Source: Myxococcales bacterium
GTDB lineage: Bacteria > Myxococcota_A > Bradymonadia > Bradymonadales > Bradymonadaceae
Assembly (NCBI GenBank): GCA_026988815.1
Contig: JALSKP010000139.1
Coordinates: forward strand, 1,927 to 65,926
DNA length: 64,000 bases
Direction of reading: 5' to 3'
Below the pieces are notes generated by a model that saw only the letters and a list, made by a program, of their open reading frames with translations, did not search any database and had not been told where the DNA came from. A program made the translations under genes and the position numbers. This document shows positions 36,163 to 46,206 of this stretch, piece by piece. Numbering within the stretch: position 1 is the stretch's first letter; each line of letters opens with the position of its first letter.

Positions 36163-38480
36163 TCTTCTGCCTTTTTATAGCGCGTTAAGATCCAGTCGAA
36201 ACTCGGTAACAATATAATCGCAAAACTCACACCGCTTGCGATCGTGATCCCAAATGCAAAAAGTATGGGATGGGTGGATAAAATCAAGGCACCGAAGGAA
36301 AACATTGTTGACGTGTAGGCCATGGTAATGCTTAGCGAAAGGGCACCTATTTCGTCTTGGTGGGCGACCAACATTACGCCATAGTCGGCTCCGATTGCGA
36401 TGACGAGAATGAGTGCCAAACCGTGAATCGGACCTATTGAGATACCCAGCAGACTTAACATTCCAAGCGTTGCCAAACATCCTAGAATAGGCGGACCTAG
36501 GGCGACAAAGACCGCCCATTTTTCGCGGAAAGAAATTGCGCTAATCAGAGTGATTAGTATCAAACCGAGGCCAATCGCGTAGATGATTTCTTGACCGAGA
36601 ATCTGCCAGGCTTCATTTAAGGTTTCACGTTGTTGGAACCAAAAAACGCCATCCAGGCCGTTTATTTTTTCCTGTAATTTCTCCTTATTCTTCACCTTTC
36701 CAAGATAGGTGAAGAGGAGCTCTCCTTTTTTATCTGGATCAAAAAGATCGGCCAACCCCTGAAGATCGCTCTTTCGAATATCAGAGAGTTCTAAGAAATC
36801 CTCCGGTATTGGAAACCCGACTTGCATCGGTTCTAACATCGCTGCCTCGACACCTTTTTCGTCGAAACTTTTCCGCATCTGGGCTATCAATTGAGCACGA
36901 TTTTTAACGAAAAAATCTCGATTCATTTTCTGTTTTTTCTTGGACCAAATCACGTGATGTAGACTTGAATAGTCTTCCAAGAGATCCTCTTCAACGGCTT
37001 GGTCTAAAACGGCAGCTAAAGCATCGTTACGGATCAAGGCCTGCTCAACGCTATCCTTTCCTGGCTTCTTCGGTGCACGTACAAGAACAATAGCGCCGCT
37101 CTGAGAACCAGATACTTTTTGACGAACTTCCCTTTCTTCTGTTTTGATTTTTGGTGTCGGATTTCGGATCGCATCAAGATTTTTTTCCAACGCAAAGGAA
37201 GGAAGACCCACGACAATAAGCACGAAAACGGGGAGCGTTAGAAGCATTCCCAGAAGAGGCCTGGACCGTAATTGTTCGACCACTTTCGCGGTTTTCGCGG
37301 TCGCCTTAAGATGACGCGCACGTTGAGGACCTTGAGTGATTGTTTGAGAAATCGCCCATGTTGCAAGCACACTTCCCAACACACCGACAGATGCAAAAAG
37401 TCCAATCTGATGAAGGGCGGAAACGGATGAGGAAAACAACACGATGAAACCACCGATGGTGGTCAGGGCGCCCACGCGAATGGCGGGCCATACTTTATGA
37501 CTCGATTCGTGGGGATGGTTCAAATAATGAATTGCATAATCCACGCACACGCCGATCAAAGATGCGCCAAATGCTAGCGCAATTAAATGCACTTCTCCGA
37601 ATACCAAAGACGTGACCGCGAAGGCCAATCCCCCCCCAAAGGCGATCGATAAAAGAGGCAACAACACAAAACCTATGCGTCCAAAAACGACACCAAAAAT
37701 GAGCAGCAATCCCAAAAAACCAATAAACGTTATGCGCTGAATATCGCGTTTTATGATCGTCGAAATGGCGAGGGTATAAGGATAGGCTGCGGCCACAGAG
37801 AGCGTCGAGTCGACGTTTTTTGACGCCTCAAAGCGGCCCTTGATTAGGGCATCAACGGCCTTTGCGTTGTTGGCATCAAAGGCGGAATGCTTGAGTTCGA
37901 CAAAGATCACCGACGCATCACTTTTTGTCCTATAGCGACCATCAACGATCTCAAGTTCGGGACCCAAAAGAGAATTAAGACGATCTAAAATGCCGACGTA
38001 AGCGAGCAAAGGATCTTTGGGTCCCAAACGTTGCATCATCGTCCCATAACGTCCTCCAAGGCTTGCGATAAAACGCGTCGCGGCGCTATCCATTCCTTCT
38101 TTGGTCTTGAGCTTTTCCAAGTCCGCAAAAGAATCGGCGATGAAGTCATAACGTCGTGGAAAATACAAACCATGAATCGATTTAGGACGTTGAGGCGGAC
38201 GATTTCGAACGGACAAAAAGAGGTCTGACTTGCCAAGGGATTTTGCAATTTCATCGGAAATCGACCCATGTTCTTTTCCACCAATCAGAAGAATCGCGTG
38301 TTGTGAGAGTCCCGATTTTGCCAATTCTTTGGCCGCAATGGAAGACTCAGAATCGACCGGTAAGAACTGCGTTATGTCGGCGGGGAAGGTTGGCTTTCGG
38401 AAGAAGAATACCACGACAAGCAGCGCGATGAGCGCAAAAATGCCGACAAAAAGTACACCGAAATTTGTCCTCTCTTTCAA
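36159..38480 (-). CDS. MMPL/RND-superfamily exporter
   Basis: 773-aa ORF with two blocks of about 6 transmembrane helices separated by large soluble loops. Overlaps its neighbours by 4 nt. Confidence 0.85.
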   Translation of the reverse strand: MKERTNFGVLFVGIFALIALLVVVFFFRKPTFPADITQFLPVDSESSIAAKELAKSGLSQHAILLIGGKEHGSISDEIAKSLGKSDLFLSVRNRPPQRPKSIHGLYFPRRYDFIADSFADLEKLKTKEGMDSAATRFIASLGGRYGTMMQRLGPKDPLLAYVGILDRLNSLLGPELEIVDGRYRTKSDASVIFVELKHSAFDANNAKAVDALIKGRFEASKNVDSTLSVAAAYPYTLAISTIIKRDIQRITFIGFLGLLLIFGVVFGRIGFVLLPLLSIAFGGGLAFAVTSLVFGEVHLIALAFGASLIGVCVDYAIHYLNHPHESSHKVWPAIRVGALTTIGGFIVLFSSSVSALHQIGLFASVGVLGSVLATWAISQTITQGPQRARHLKATAKTAKVVEQLRSRPLLGMLLTLPVFVLIVVGLPSFALEKNLDAIRNPTPKIKTEEREVRQKVSGSQSGAIVLVRAPKKPGKDSVEQALIRNDALAAVLDQAVEEDLLEDYSSLHHVIWSKKKQKMNRDFFVKNRAQLIAQMRKSFDEKGVEAAMLEPMQVGFPIPEDFLELSDIRKSDLQGLADLFDPDKKGELLFTYLGKVKNKEKLQEKINGLDGVFWFQQRETLNEAWQILGQEIIYAIGLGLILITLISAISFREKWAVFVALGPPILGCLATLGMLSLLGISIGPIHGLALILVIAIGADYGVMLVAHQDEIGALSLSITMAYTSTMFSFGALILSTHPILFAFGITIASGVSFAIILLPSFDWILTRYKKAEE

Positions 38481-39091
38481 GGCTTAAAAAGACGGTTTTC
38501 TTTTTTACTGAGGTCCGTTTGGATATCGATGCTCTTGAATATAATTTCTCTTTTTACACCGTCAGATTCGATCAAACTCAGATCCAAAATCACATCTTTT
38601 TTTCCATGAATGATACACTGTTTAAAGATGGATTTTTCTTTTCGACTTTTCAAAACCACCGCCCAGTTTTCCCCCTCTCCTTCTACACTAACGAGATATC
38701 GTTCTTCCAAGGATGCTGAATTCGCTTGGGTCAAATCGCGAAGTAAAGTCATCGCACCAATGATGTCTGGAGCGCTTGATTTTTCGATACGCATCGTCCC
38801 CGATTTATCGGTGACAACAATCGCGTCGCCAGAAAACAAGGTAAGGGATTGGGTCGGTGAGAGAATTTCGCGAATAAATTTTCCGCTGGGATGGATGACA
38901 AATTGTCCTTGGGAAACCAAGGCGCGTTTTAGAAAAGGGACCTTCACCTTCTCCGTAAAAAGAACACGAATCGTCGAATCAGAATGCAAAGTTTTTAAAA
39001 GTTCCGCTGCCGACCTTTTCTTCTCTTGGGCACCTACTGAAAATGAGAAACTAAACACAAGAAAAATGAGGTAACTTATCAATTTATTCAT
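38477..39091 (-). CDS. LolA-like outer-membrane lipoprotein carrier family protein
   Basis: 204-aa ORF with a signal peptide. Its size and beta-rich pattern, and its position between the thioesterase and exporter genes, match aryl-polyene clusters. Confidence 0.65.
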   Translation of the reverse strand: MNKLISYLIFLVFSFSFSVGAQEKKRSAAELLKTLHSDSTIRVLFTEKVKVPFLKRALVSQGQFVIHPSGKFIREILSPTQSLTLFSGDAIVVTDKSGTMRIEKSSAPDIIGAMTLLRDLTQANSASLEERYLVSVEGEGENWAVVLKSRKEKSIFKQCIIHGKKDVILDLSLIESDGVKREIIFKSIDIQTDLSKKENRLFKP

Positions 39092-39498
39092 CGTGTTATC
39101 CTTTCCAATATCTCATCCGGAATCTGCGTTAGAAAATCCAACTCTGGGGTCACACAAACCATCTGCGTACGACCACGTGCTATAATTTTTTCAGAATGTG
39201 CGTTCTCGATGACATAGCCCACATCGATACGATGGGATAGGTCGACAAAAAAAGCGCTCACCTTCAAGTCGTCTCCGTAACGTGCGGCGGACACATGGCG
39301 GCACTTACTTTCAGAGACAACCAGTCCAAAACCTAAAGCGATAATTTCATCTACGTCCAGATCATGCATACGCATTAATGCCGTTCGAGCGAGTTCAAAA
39401 TATTTAAAATAATGACCATGCCAAACAATATTTACGCGATCGACGTCATGGAAAGGGACCTTTAATTCCACACACGATTTTTTTTTAGATACCTTCAA
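39088..39498 (-). CDS. 4HBT/YbgC-type hotdog acyl-CoA (acyl-ACP) thioesterase
   Basis: 136-aa ORF. The N-terminal motif VPFHDVDRVNIVWHGHYFKYFE is typical of 4HBT-family thioesterases. Confidence 0.8.
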   Translation of the reverse strand: MKVSKKKSCVELKVPFHDVDRVNIVWHGHYFKYFELARTALMRMHDLDVDEIIALGFGLVVSESKCRHVSAARYGDDLKVSAFFVDLSHRIDVGYVIENAHSEKIIARGRTQMVCVTPELDFLTQIPDEILERITR

Positions 39499-41035
39499 GA
39501 AGACCTCGTAATTGATATACCAAGTTACTATCTAGCCGTTTAAGAAGAGAGACGATATCGATATCAAAACGCCGGTCTTCCTCTGCGAGCGCGATTTCCT
39601 CGCGAATGATATCACGGAATTTTTTGGAAGCTGCCACCGTTTCGCTCCCACTTCTCAAGTCAACCGCCTGACTCAGCGCGATTGTTAGGATCGCAAGAAT
39701 CTGCTCGCTAAGCGTTAAAATGCGTAGGGCATCTCGTGACGCAATAGTACCCATGCTTACTTTATCTTGGTTATGACTTTCCGTGCTACGACTAAAAGAA
39801 GTTGCTGGCATGGTGAGCTTTAGCGCCTCAGCGGCGAGGGCAGACGTACTTATTGACATCGCTTTGAAACCATGTCGAGCATCGCCAGCACTACGTTCCA
39901 GCCCAGGTTTAACAAGATTTCGCGGTAAGAGTTCGCCGTCGGCCATCGTCGGCCCACATAATAATTGCATCTGCCGATCGAGCAGATCTGCAACATTGGC
40001 CACTCCAATTTTAAGCATATCCATCGCCATTCCAATATGGCCGCCGTAGAAATTTCCACCGTGAAGCACGTCTCCATTCTCGGGATCAAAAAGAGGATTG
40101 TCGCTACACCCATTGAGTTCGGTTTCAACCCAAGGTGTCAATGCATCGATACTATCTTCCAGCACGCCGATGACATGGGGCGCGCAACGAATTGAATATA
40201 CGCTTTGAAGTTTTTTCGGATTTTTATGAGTTTGGGGATTGTATTCCAACCAATCCGCCATTCTTTTGGCAACACGCATTTGACCCGGGTGAGGTTTACT
40301 TTCGTGAATGCGTTTATCAAAATGACCGGCGTTGCCTTCACAAACATCGCACAAAGCGGCCGATAAATAACTCGATATTTCAGAGAATTGCGTCGCCCGA
40401 TTCATCGCCAAGGCCGCCAGCGCTGTCATCACGCTCGTCCCATTCATGATCGCAAGACTTTCTTTGGGGCCAATAGAAAGGCCCTCGATTCCGAACTCTG
40501 CAAAGACCTCAGACGTGGGACGGGTCTTTCCCTGCCACAACACTTCTCGCTCTCCGGTGAGAACGGCCGCCACATAGGAGAGCGGCGTCAAATCACCGCT
40601 GGCACCGACCGAGCCCTCAGCAGGAATGGCTGGGAGTACATCGTTTTCCAAAAGCCATTGCAATTTTTCTAGCAGCTCCCACCGCACCGCCGAACGTCCA
40701 AAACACAGGGATTGTAAACGTGCGGCAACGATGGCTCGGGATTCTTCAACGCTAAAAATACGGCCCGTGCCGCATCCGTGAAATCGAATCAGATTTCTTG
40801 CAAGCGTGCGTGCCTGGCTTGATCCAATCACCATCTCAATATTTTCGCCAAAGCCGGTCGTCACACCATAAATGGGCGTGTTCTTTTCGACCAATATTTC
40901 AAAACGTTTTCGGGCTTCCTCGATTTGTTGGCGATAGAGAGGGTCTGGATTTAGCCTGGTCCGACGACGTTTATAAGCGATATCAACGAGATCATCAATC
41001 TCCAAAGCATCAGATCCAAATACGACAAAACTCAT
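39485..41035 (-). CDS. MIO-dependent aromatic amino acid ammonia-lyase (HAL/PAL/TAL family)
   Basis: 516-aa ORF with the MIO-forming triad ASG in GSVGASGDLTPLSY, a TGFG motif, and NGTSVM. Confidence 0.9.
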   Translation of the reverse strand: MSFVVFGSDALEIDDLVDIAYKRRRTRLNPDPLYRQQIEEARKRFEILVEKNTPIYGVTTGFGENIEMVIGSSQARTLARNLIRFHGCGTGRIFSVEESRAIVAARLQSLCFGRSAVRWELLEKLQWLLENDVLPAIPAEGSVGASGDLTPLSYVAAVLTGEREVLWQGKTRPTSEVFAEFGIEGLSIGPKESLAIMNGTSVMTALAALAMNRATQFSEISSYLSAALCDVCEGNAGHFDKRIHESKPHPGQMRVAKRMADWLEYNPQTHKNPKKLQSVYSIRCAPHVIGVLEDSIDALTPWVETELNGCSDNPLFDPENGDVLHGGNFYGGHIGMAMDMLKIGVANVADLLDRQMQLLCGPTMADGELLPRNLVKPGLERSAGDARHGFKAMSISTSALAAEALKLTMPATSFSRSTESHNQDKVSMGTIASRDALRILTLSEQILAILTIALSQAVDLRSGSETVAASKKFRDIIREEIALAEEDRRFDIDIVSLLKRLDSNLVYQLRGLLEGI

Positions 41036-41051
41036 TGTATGCTCACTTCAC

Positions 41052-42038
41052 TCAGTCTTGCCCGCGACTTTGCGCGGGCTTCAAGGCGGTTTGGCCCTTA
41101 TCCAAGGGGGCTTCCAGTTTGACGTTCGAAGGCTCCCAAAAATCAAAAAAATTGAACCAATTATCGGGTGCCATCTTACAATAGACTTCTAGTCTATCTG
41201 CATAGGCTTGGGCAAGCTCCTTCAGCGCTTCATTTTTCGCCTCACCTTTAGGCAGAATAACGCGTTCGGAAAAAGGTTCGCAGTGCAGATCGTAACGGTT
41301 TCCTCCACGATAGAGCCCGAAGACCAAATAGACGGGGCATTTGAGTAGCGAGGCGAGTACGAAACCGCCGGTTGAAAACGCGGCTTTTTGCCCTAAGAAT
41401 TCAACCTCAACAGATTGTGAGCCAGGTAGGACGCGATCGATGAGAATGGCTCCCATTTCCCCCTTTTCTATTCTTTTTCGCACCCTCAAAATCGCCGAAA
41501 TTCGATCTTGGGAAATGTCGATTACCCGAAAAGATTTTCTTCCGAACTTTTCTAAAACCCCATTAATCACGCGCGAATTTTCATTGTAGACAATCGCATT
41601 GATACGCAAATTCTTGGAGCTTCCAGCACCACTCATCGCTGCAAAGGAGCCAAGATGGGCACCAAGAAGAAGTCCCCCCTTTTTTTCTTCGGCGAGGGCC
41701 TGAAGATAGTCATGACCATGGGTTTTAAAGGAAAATTTCTCGGTCCGTCCCAGAGAAAAAAACACTCTATCGAGTGCGACTTCGGCGAAGCGCAAAATAT
41801 TGATAAACACTTCTTTTTTTGTCGCGTCTCGGCCGCGAATTTTCCTCTGAAATTTCTGGGAGGCGCGTCGTGTTCGACGACTTGTTAAATAATAATAGGC
41901 ACTTACCGGCCACAAGATCAAACGAGGTAGCCAGCGTCCAAAAACGGTCGCACTCCAGAGAAGAAAAGAGATGCCCAAGACGGTTCCGCTTTCGGGAATG
42001 CGTGTCCAGTTTTCAGATTTTGCGGGCAACTGATCCAT
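41052..42038 (-). CDS. LpxL/HtrB-like lipid A-type (lauroyl/myristoyl) acyltransferase family protein
   Basis: The ORF is open to 42071. The ATG at 42038 lies 2 nt after the upstream stop. It has an N-terminal membrane anchor, and its size and pattern are typical of LpxL-family acyltransferases found in aryl-polyene clusters. Confidence 0.7.
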   Translation of the reverse strand: MDQLPAKSENWTRIPESGTVLGISFLLWSATVFGRWLPRLILWPVSAYYYLTSRRTRRASQKFQRKIRGRDATKKEVFINILRFAEVALDRVFFSLGRTEKFSFKTHGHDYLQALAEEKKGGLLLGAHLGSFAAMSGAGSSKNLRINAIVYNENSRVINGVLEKFGRKSFRVIDISQDRISAILRVRKRIEKGEMGAILIDRVLPGSQSVEVEFLGQKAAFSTGGFVLASLLKCPVYLVFGLYRGGNRYDLHCEPFSERVILPKGEAKNEALKELAQAYADRLEVYCKMAPDNWFNFFDFWEPSNVKLEAPLDKGQTALKPAQSRGQD

Positions 42039-42040
42039 CT

Positions 42041-42775
42041 TTACCTTTTCTTCGAGGACTTGAGCGCCCACGGAATCGCGGAAAGAACAAGTTTGACATG
42101 GGTACGGGTGATCGCAAAATTATCCTCCCACATCCTGAAATGGGAAATCCCGCCCTCCTCTTCCGTGAGGTATCGAACGGGCACGGGAACATTGATCACC
42201 GGCACACCTAAGCGCACAATTTTGACGGCAATTTCGATGTCAAATTCCATGTAATTTCCCTTCGCCGCTGCTTCAATCGCGGCGTCCACTGGATAGATTC
42301 GAAACCCGCACATTGGATCTGTGATCGCAAACCCAAGGGTTTCAACGTGGGTCCAGAAGATTGTAATTTTACGCGCCCAGAGCCGAAGTTTAGGGGCGCT
42401 ATCGTCGAAAAGCGGATGGCCAAGAAGAAGCGAATCCGGGGCTTTTTTCGAAATCTCCATGAAGGTAGGAATCAAATCGAGATCGTGTTGGCCGTCGGCG
42501 TCAATTTGAAGCGCGTGTGTGAACCCCGCGTCTTGGGCCGCCTGAAAGCCGCTTTTCACCGCCGCACCTTTGCCACCATTTTGAGAGCGATGGACGGCCC
42601 TAAACCCTTCTTTTTCGAGCGCTATTATTTCGGCCGTGGTTTCCTCATTACTTCCATCGTTAACGATAATAATATCATCGATTTTTTGCCGAACGCGTCC
42701 GGCCACTGTTCGAATGGTGGACGAATTATTATAGCACGGAATAATGCAACACAATCTATAAGTCGACTTAGTCAT
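42041..42775 (-). CDS. Family 2 glycosyltransferase
   Basis: The N-terminus CCIIPCYNN, VNDGSNEETT and QIDADGQHD (DxD-like) support the call. The ATG at 42775 was chosen, although the ORF is open to 42856. Confidence 0.85.
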   Translation of the reverse strand: MTKSTYRLCCIIPCYNNSSTIRTVAGRVRQKIDDIIIVNDGSNEETTAEIIALEKEGFRAVHRSQNGGKGAAVKSGFQAAQDAGFTHALQIDADGQHDLDLIPTFMEISKKAPDSLLLGHPLFDDSAPKLRLWARKITIFWTHVETLGFAITDPMCGFRIYPVDAAIEAAAKGNYMEFDIEIAVKIVRLGVPVINVPVPVRYLTEEEGGISHFRMWEDNFAITRTHVKLVLSAIPWALKSSKKR

Positions 42776-44348
42776 GGTGAATGAAAGCTCCGCTTGTACA
42801 AATATGGCGTGAGCCATCCTGGGGCTGAGGATCGAAAATAATGGTAAACTTAACATCTTTGTCTAGACGGTCCAACACAATCTCAATCCTGGAATTTGGT
42901 GTAATGGGCGATTTAAATTTAAGGGCGCGTAGGGCTTTGGGTGCCGATAGGTCTGGCCAACAGGCTTGAATTTCTTTCCTTATAATACTCAGCTGCGCCA
43001 CGCCAGGTAGGATCGGAAAACCGTCAAAATGTCCTTCAAAATAGACGCACTCTTGTGGAATAGAAATTTTCACTGAAAGCGAATTTTTGTCCATCCTACG
43101 TTCAAGGATATCGACATCTTGTTTGGCATCCTGAATAATTTTCATAAGATCCTTTCTTGAAATTTTCCCCAGGGCCGTACGAGGTAGAGCGTTCACGATA
43201 TGAATTTTGGGTAGGATAGATTTTTCAAAACCTACCAAAAGATGTGCCCTTACTTGGTCAGATTTAGTATCATCGCCTACTACTACAAGTGCGTGTAAAC
43301 GACTTCCATCAACGAGCGCAATCGCGGCGTCGACCACTTTATCGTGTTGAATAAGATGTGCTTTGAGGGCATCTTTGGAAATACGTTTCCCACCAATTTT
43401 TAGGATATCATCGGCGCGTCCTAGATGGGTAAATCCTTGACCATCGATTGAAATCTGAATTCTGTCTTGGGTCTTGAAATAGGCCTCTGAATGTTCCACA
43501 AAAGGAGAGCGCACCTCCATCAAGCCTTGTTCGTCGGTACGAATGGTCACCGGAGGAAATGGAATCCACTCAGGTCCCGCCGCACCTGTTCTTCTGGAGG
43601 CAATGCCACCCGTTTCTGTTGAACCAAAAATTTCGACGATAGACATTCCCAAACCTTCCAGACGCGTACGCGTACTTTCCGGCAAGGGGGCGCCGGACGA
43701 AAACACACGAATATCGGGGGTCAGTGAGGAGGAAAGATTGCGGAGCTGAAAGGGCGTACTTACAAAAAAGTCTACATCGAATTCCATCGCAAGCTGACCA
43801 ATCGAATCTCCGTGAAGGGGACGTTGTAGCACGAGCTCACATCCACTAATCGTGGGAATCATCACCGAAAAAAGAAAGCCAAAAAGATGGTGGGCGGGTA
43901 CGCCGCTCATCAAAACCATATCTTTTTTTATGGAAAAATAATCCACCAAAAATCGCGCTTCTCCGAACAATTGGCGAGCGGATTTCCTCAAGCATATGGG
44001 ATTCCCGCTCGACCCTGAGGTGTGGAATTCTGCAATTATAAGATCTGCTGAGGGTTCCAAATCAAAAAGAGAAAGACGATCGACTCGCCTTTTATTTCCT
44101 CTGGCCTCTTCTATTCCTTTATCGGAAATAACGACAAGAGGCCTCGTTTTCATAAGGGTATCAACGCCGCCCTGGGCAAAAACAATGCATCTTTTTTCGG
44201 CCCAACTTGCCCAAGCAATGCAAGCAATCGAAAGTGTTGTATCGCTCTCGATATAAACATCACCTTCTTGTCCTCCGATCAATTCACGTAAATAGGCAAC
44301 GTCATCCAAGAAGGATGAATCCGCATTTTGTAGACCAATCTGAATCAT
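42768..44348 (-). CDS. Adenylate-forming aryl-acid ligase fused to a C-terminal FabZ-like hotdog dehydratase
   Basis: 526-aa ORF. The AMP-binding core motifs are HTSGSSGNP, FGSTETGG and the C-terminal GKISRKD. The last roughly 120 aa (YFEGHFDGFPILPGVAQL) carry the FabA/FabZ His motif. Confidence 0.8.
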   Translation of the reverse strand: MIQIGLQNADSSFLDDVAYLRELIGGQEGDVYIESDTTLSIACIAWASWAEKRCIVFAQGGVDTLMKTRPLVVISDKGIEEARGNKRRVDRLSLFDLEPSADLIIAEFHTSGSSGNPICLRKSARQLFGEARFLVDYFSIKKDMVLMSGVPAHHLFGFLFSVMIPTISGCELVLQRPLHGDSIGQLAMEFDVDFFVSTPFQLRNLSSSLTPDIRVFSSGAPLPESTRTRLEGLGMSIVEIFGSTETGGIASRRTGAAGPEWIPFPPVTIRTDEQGLMEVRSPFVEHSEAYFKTQDRIQISIDGQGFTHLGRADDILKIGGKRISKDALKAHLIQHDKVVDAAIALVDGSRLHALVVVGDDTKSDQVRAHLLVGFEKSILPKIHIVNALPRTALGKISRKDLMKIIQDAKQDVDILERRMDKNSLSVKISIPQECVYFEGHFDGFPILPGVAQLSIIRKEIQACWPDLSAPKALRALKFKSPITPNSRIEIVLDRLDKDVKFTIIFDPQPQDGSRHICTSGAFIHHD

Positions 44349-44968
44349 GTCTCTCCCTCAGGTATCTGTTTTTTTGGAAGAATACCTTTTAAAAACGTGT
44401 CGTAAAAATGAGATGAAAACTCCCGGAAACGATAACGTCGAACGAGAAATTCGGACGCAAAAAGCACGCCCATCATCACGTAGCTTAGTAAGCCAGTATA
44501 CAATGCCCACCAAGACAAAGGTGCCCAACAGAGCGCAAAAGAAACCAGCGCGTTACCCAAAAAGAAGGCACACCAAAGAAGGGTGAACTGACGACAATGC
44601 TTTTTTTGGTTCTTTGATAGATCTGGGTTGTACATCGACGCAAAACGCTCGATCATTGGAAGCGTCCATAAGGTTGCCCCGAATACGAAAAAAAGCGATA
44701 CATTTATCATCGAGGGCATCAGCCGTAGCGCAAATTCGGAATCGAGCGCAATGGCAATACCCATCGGTGTGGCGATCGAAATTGCCAATGCAATAAAAGG
44801 ACCCCAAAACACTTTTTTACTAAACACGCCTACGATAATGCGCAAGCCTAAAAGCGAGCCGAGTACCATCGCGACTTCTTTCACAGAAAAATAGGACAGG
44901 CCCGCGTACACCAACACGGGGTACACCACGGCCGTGATTGCAAGGAGAACGCTCAGCACGGTTTTCAA
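44345..44968 (-). CDS. Polytopic membrane protein (COG4648-like aryl-polyene cluster component)
   Basis: 207-aa ORF with about 6 transmembrane helices. Overlaps both neighbours by 4 nt. Confidence 0.65.
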   Translation of the reverse strand: MKTVLSVLLAITAVVYPVLVYAGLSYFSVKEVAMVLGSLLGLRIIVGVFSKKVFWGPFIALAISIATPMGIAIALDSEFALRLMPSMINVSLFFVFGATLWTLPMIERFASMYNPDLSKNQKKHCRQFTLLWCAFFLGNALVSFALCWAPLSWWALYTGLLSYVMMGVLFASEFLVRRYRFREFSSHFYDTFLKGILPKKQIPEGET

Positions 44969-46206
44969 ATTTTTCGAAAGATGAGCGATGTGTTCACCCC
45001 TCCAAAAGCAAAATTATTATTCATAACAATGTCAACCTTTGCTCCAGGATCGCTCGCCAAATCACCAGACGCGCGTACATAATTTAGCTTTGCGCACTCG
45101 GGATCTAGCGTATCCAGATTCGAATTCGCTGGAAGAAAATTCTTTTGAAGGGCAACGATACTGACAATCGATTCCAGGGCGCCTGCCGCCCCGAGCGTGT
45201 GACCGCTCAGACCTTTGGTCGAACTTATGGGGACCTTTTTACCCAACACCATTTCGCTTGCTTGGCTCTCACACACGTCGCCGATTCGTGTTCCAGTCGC
45301 GTGCGCATTCACGTAATCCAATGCATCGTTTTTTAGATGGGCATCGTCCAGCGCGGCTTGCATCGCCGAGGCCATCCCTCTCGGATTTGGATTTGTCATG
45401 TGAATACCATCACAAGTGCTACCAAACCCAATCACTTCGCAGTAGATCTTTGCCCCGCGTTTTAGGGCGTGTTCCATGCCTTCGAGAACCAAGGTTGCAG
45501 CGCCCTCCCCGACAACCAAACCATCTCTTTTTGTATCGAAAGGACGGGGCGATAACTCCGGCTCTTCGTTGAAATTTGTCGAGGTTGCGCGAAGGAGATC
45601 AAAGACACCTGCGTGCGAAAAATGAAGTTCTTCTGCGCCGCCTGCAATCATCATATCTTGCTTGCCAAACTTAATTGCCTCGTAGGCATAACCGACACCT
45701 TGAGAGCCACTTGTGCACGCCGAACAGGTTGTAATGACGCGACCACGAATGCCGAAAAAAGTAGCCAAGTTTACCGAACAGGTATGCGACATAAATTTGA
45801 TGTAATTGGAAGGACGTACGCCAGTGAGTCCTCCCGAGTTTACAACTTTCGTAGAAAAGGTGAGCAATGCCTCCGATGAGCCTTGGGTAGAACCGTAGGA
45901 AATACCACATCGGCCGGACACGTAGTCCTCTTTGCTTAAGGCAGAATCTTTGATCGCATCCAATGTCGCACGGAGTGCAAGTTGGCTCACGCGCCCCATC
46001 ATACGTATTTCTTTTTTTGAAAAATCAAGATTGGAATGCGGTGTCGGCGCAGACAAAAATGTACGCAGTTGTGGGATCTCTTTCCACGATTCCTGTATCC
46101 GAATACCACTTGTTTGCGTGCGCAAGGCATCAAAAACCTCGTCGAAAGAATCGCCGATGGGTGAGGTCAATCCAATCCCGGTCACGACAACTCGCCTCGT
46201 TTTCAC
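44965..46206 (-). CDS. Beta-ketoacyl-ACP synthase (FabB/FabF-like, aryl-polyene elongating KS)
   Basis: Cys-His-His triad motifs are present (CSACTSGSQG, NAHATGT, GHTLGAAG). The GTG at 46206 overlaps the fabG-like stop (GTGA) and gives VKTRRVVVTGIG. The ORF is open to 46266. Confidence 0.9.
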   Translation of the reverse strand: MKTRRVVVTGIGLTSPIGDSFDEVFDALRTQTSGIRIQESWKEIPQLRTFLSAPTPHSNLDFSKKEIRMMGRVSQLALRATLDAIKDSALSKEDYVSGRCGISYGSTQGSSEALLTFSTKVVNSGGLTGVRPSNYIKFMSHTCSVNLATFFGIRGRVITTCSACTSGSQGVGYAYEAIKFGKQDMMIAGGAEELHFSHAGVFDLLRATSTNFNEEPELSPRPFDTKRDGLVVGEGAATLVLEGMEHALKRGAKIYCEVIGFGSTCDGIHMTNPNPRGMASAMQAALDDAHLKNDALDYVNAHATGTRIGDVCESQASEMVLGKKVPISSTKGLSGHTLGAAGALESIVSIVALQKNFLPANSNLDTLDPECAKLNYVRASGDLASDPGAKVDIVMNNNFAFGGVNTSLIFRKI

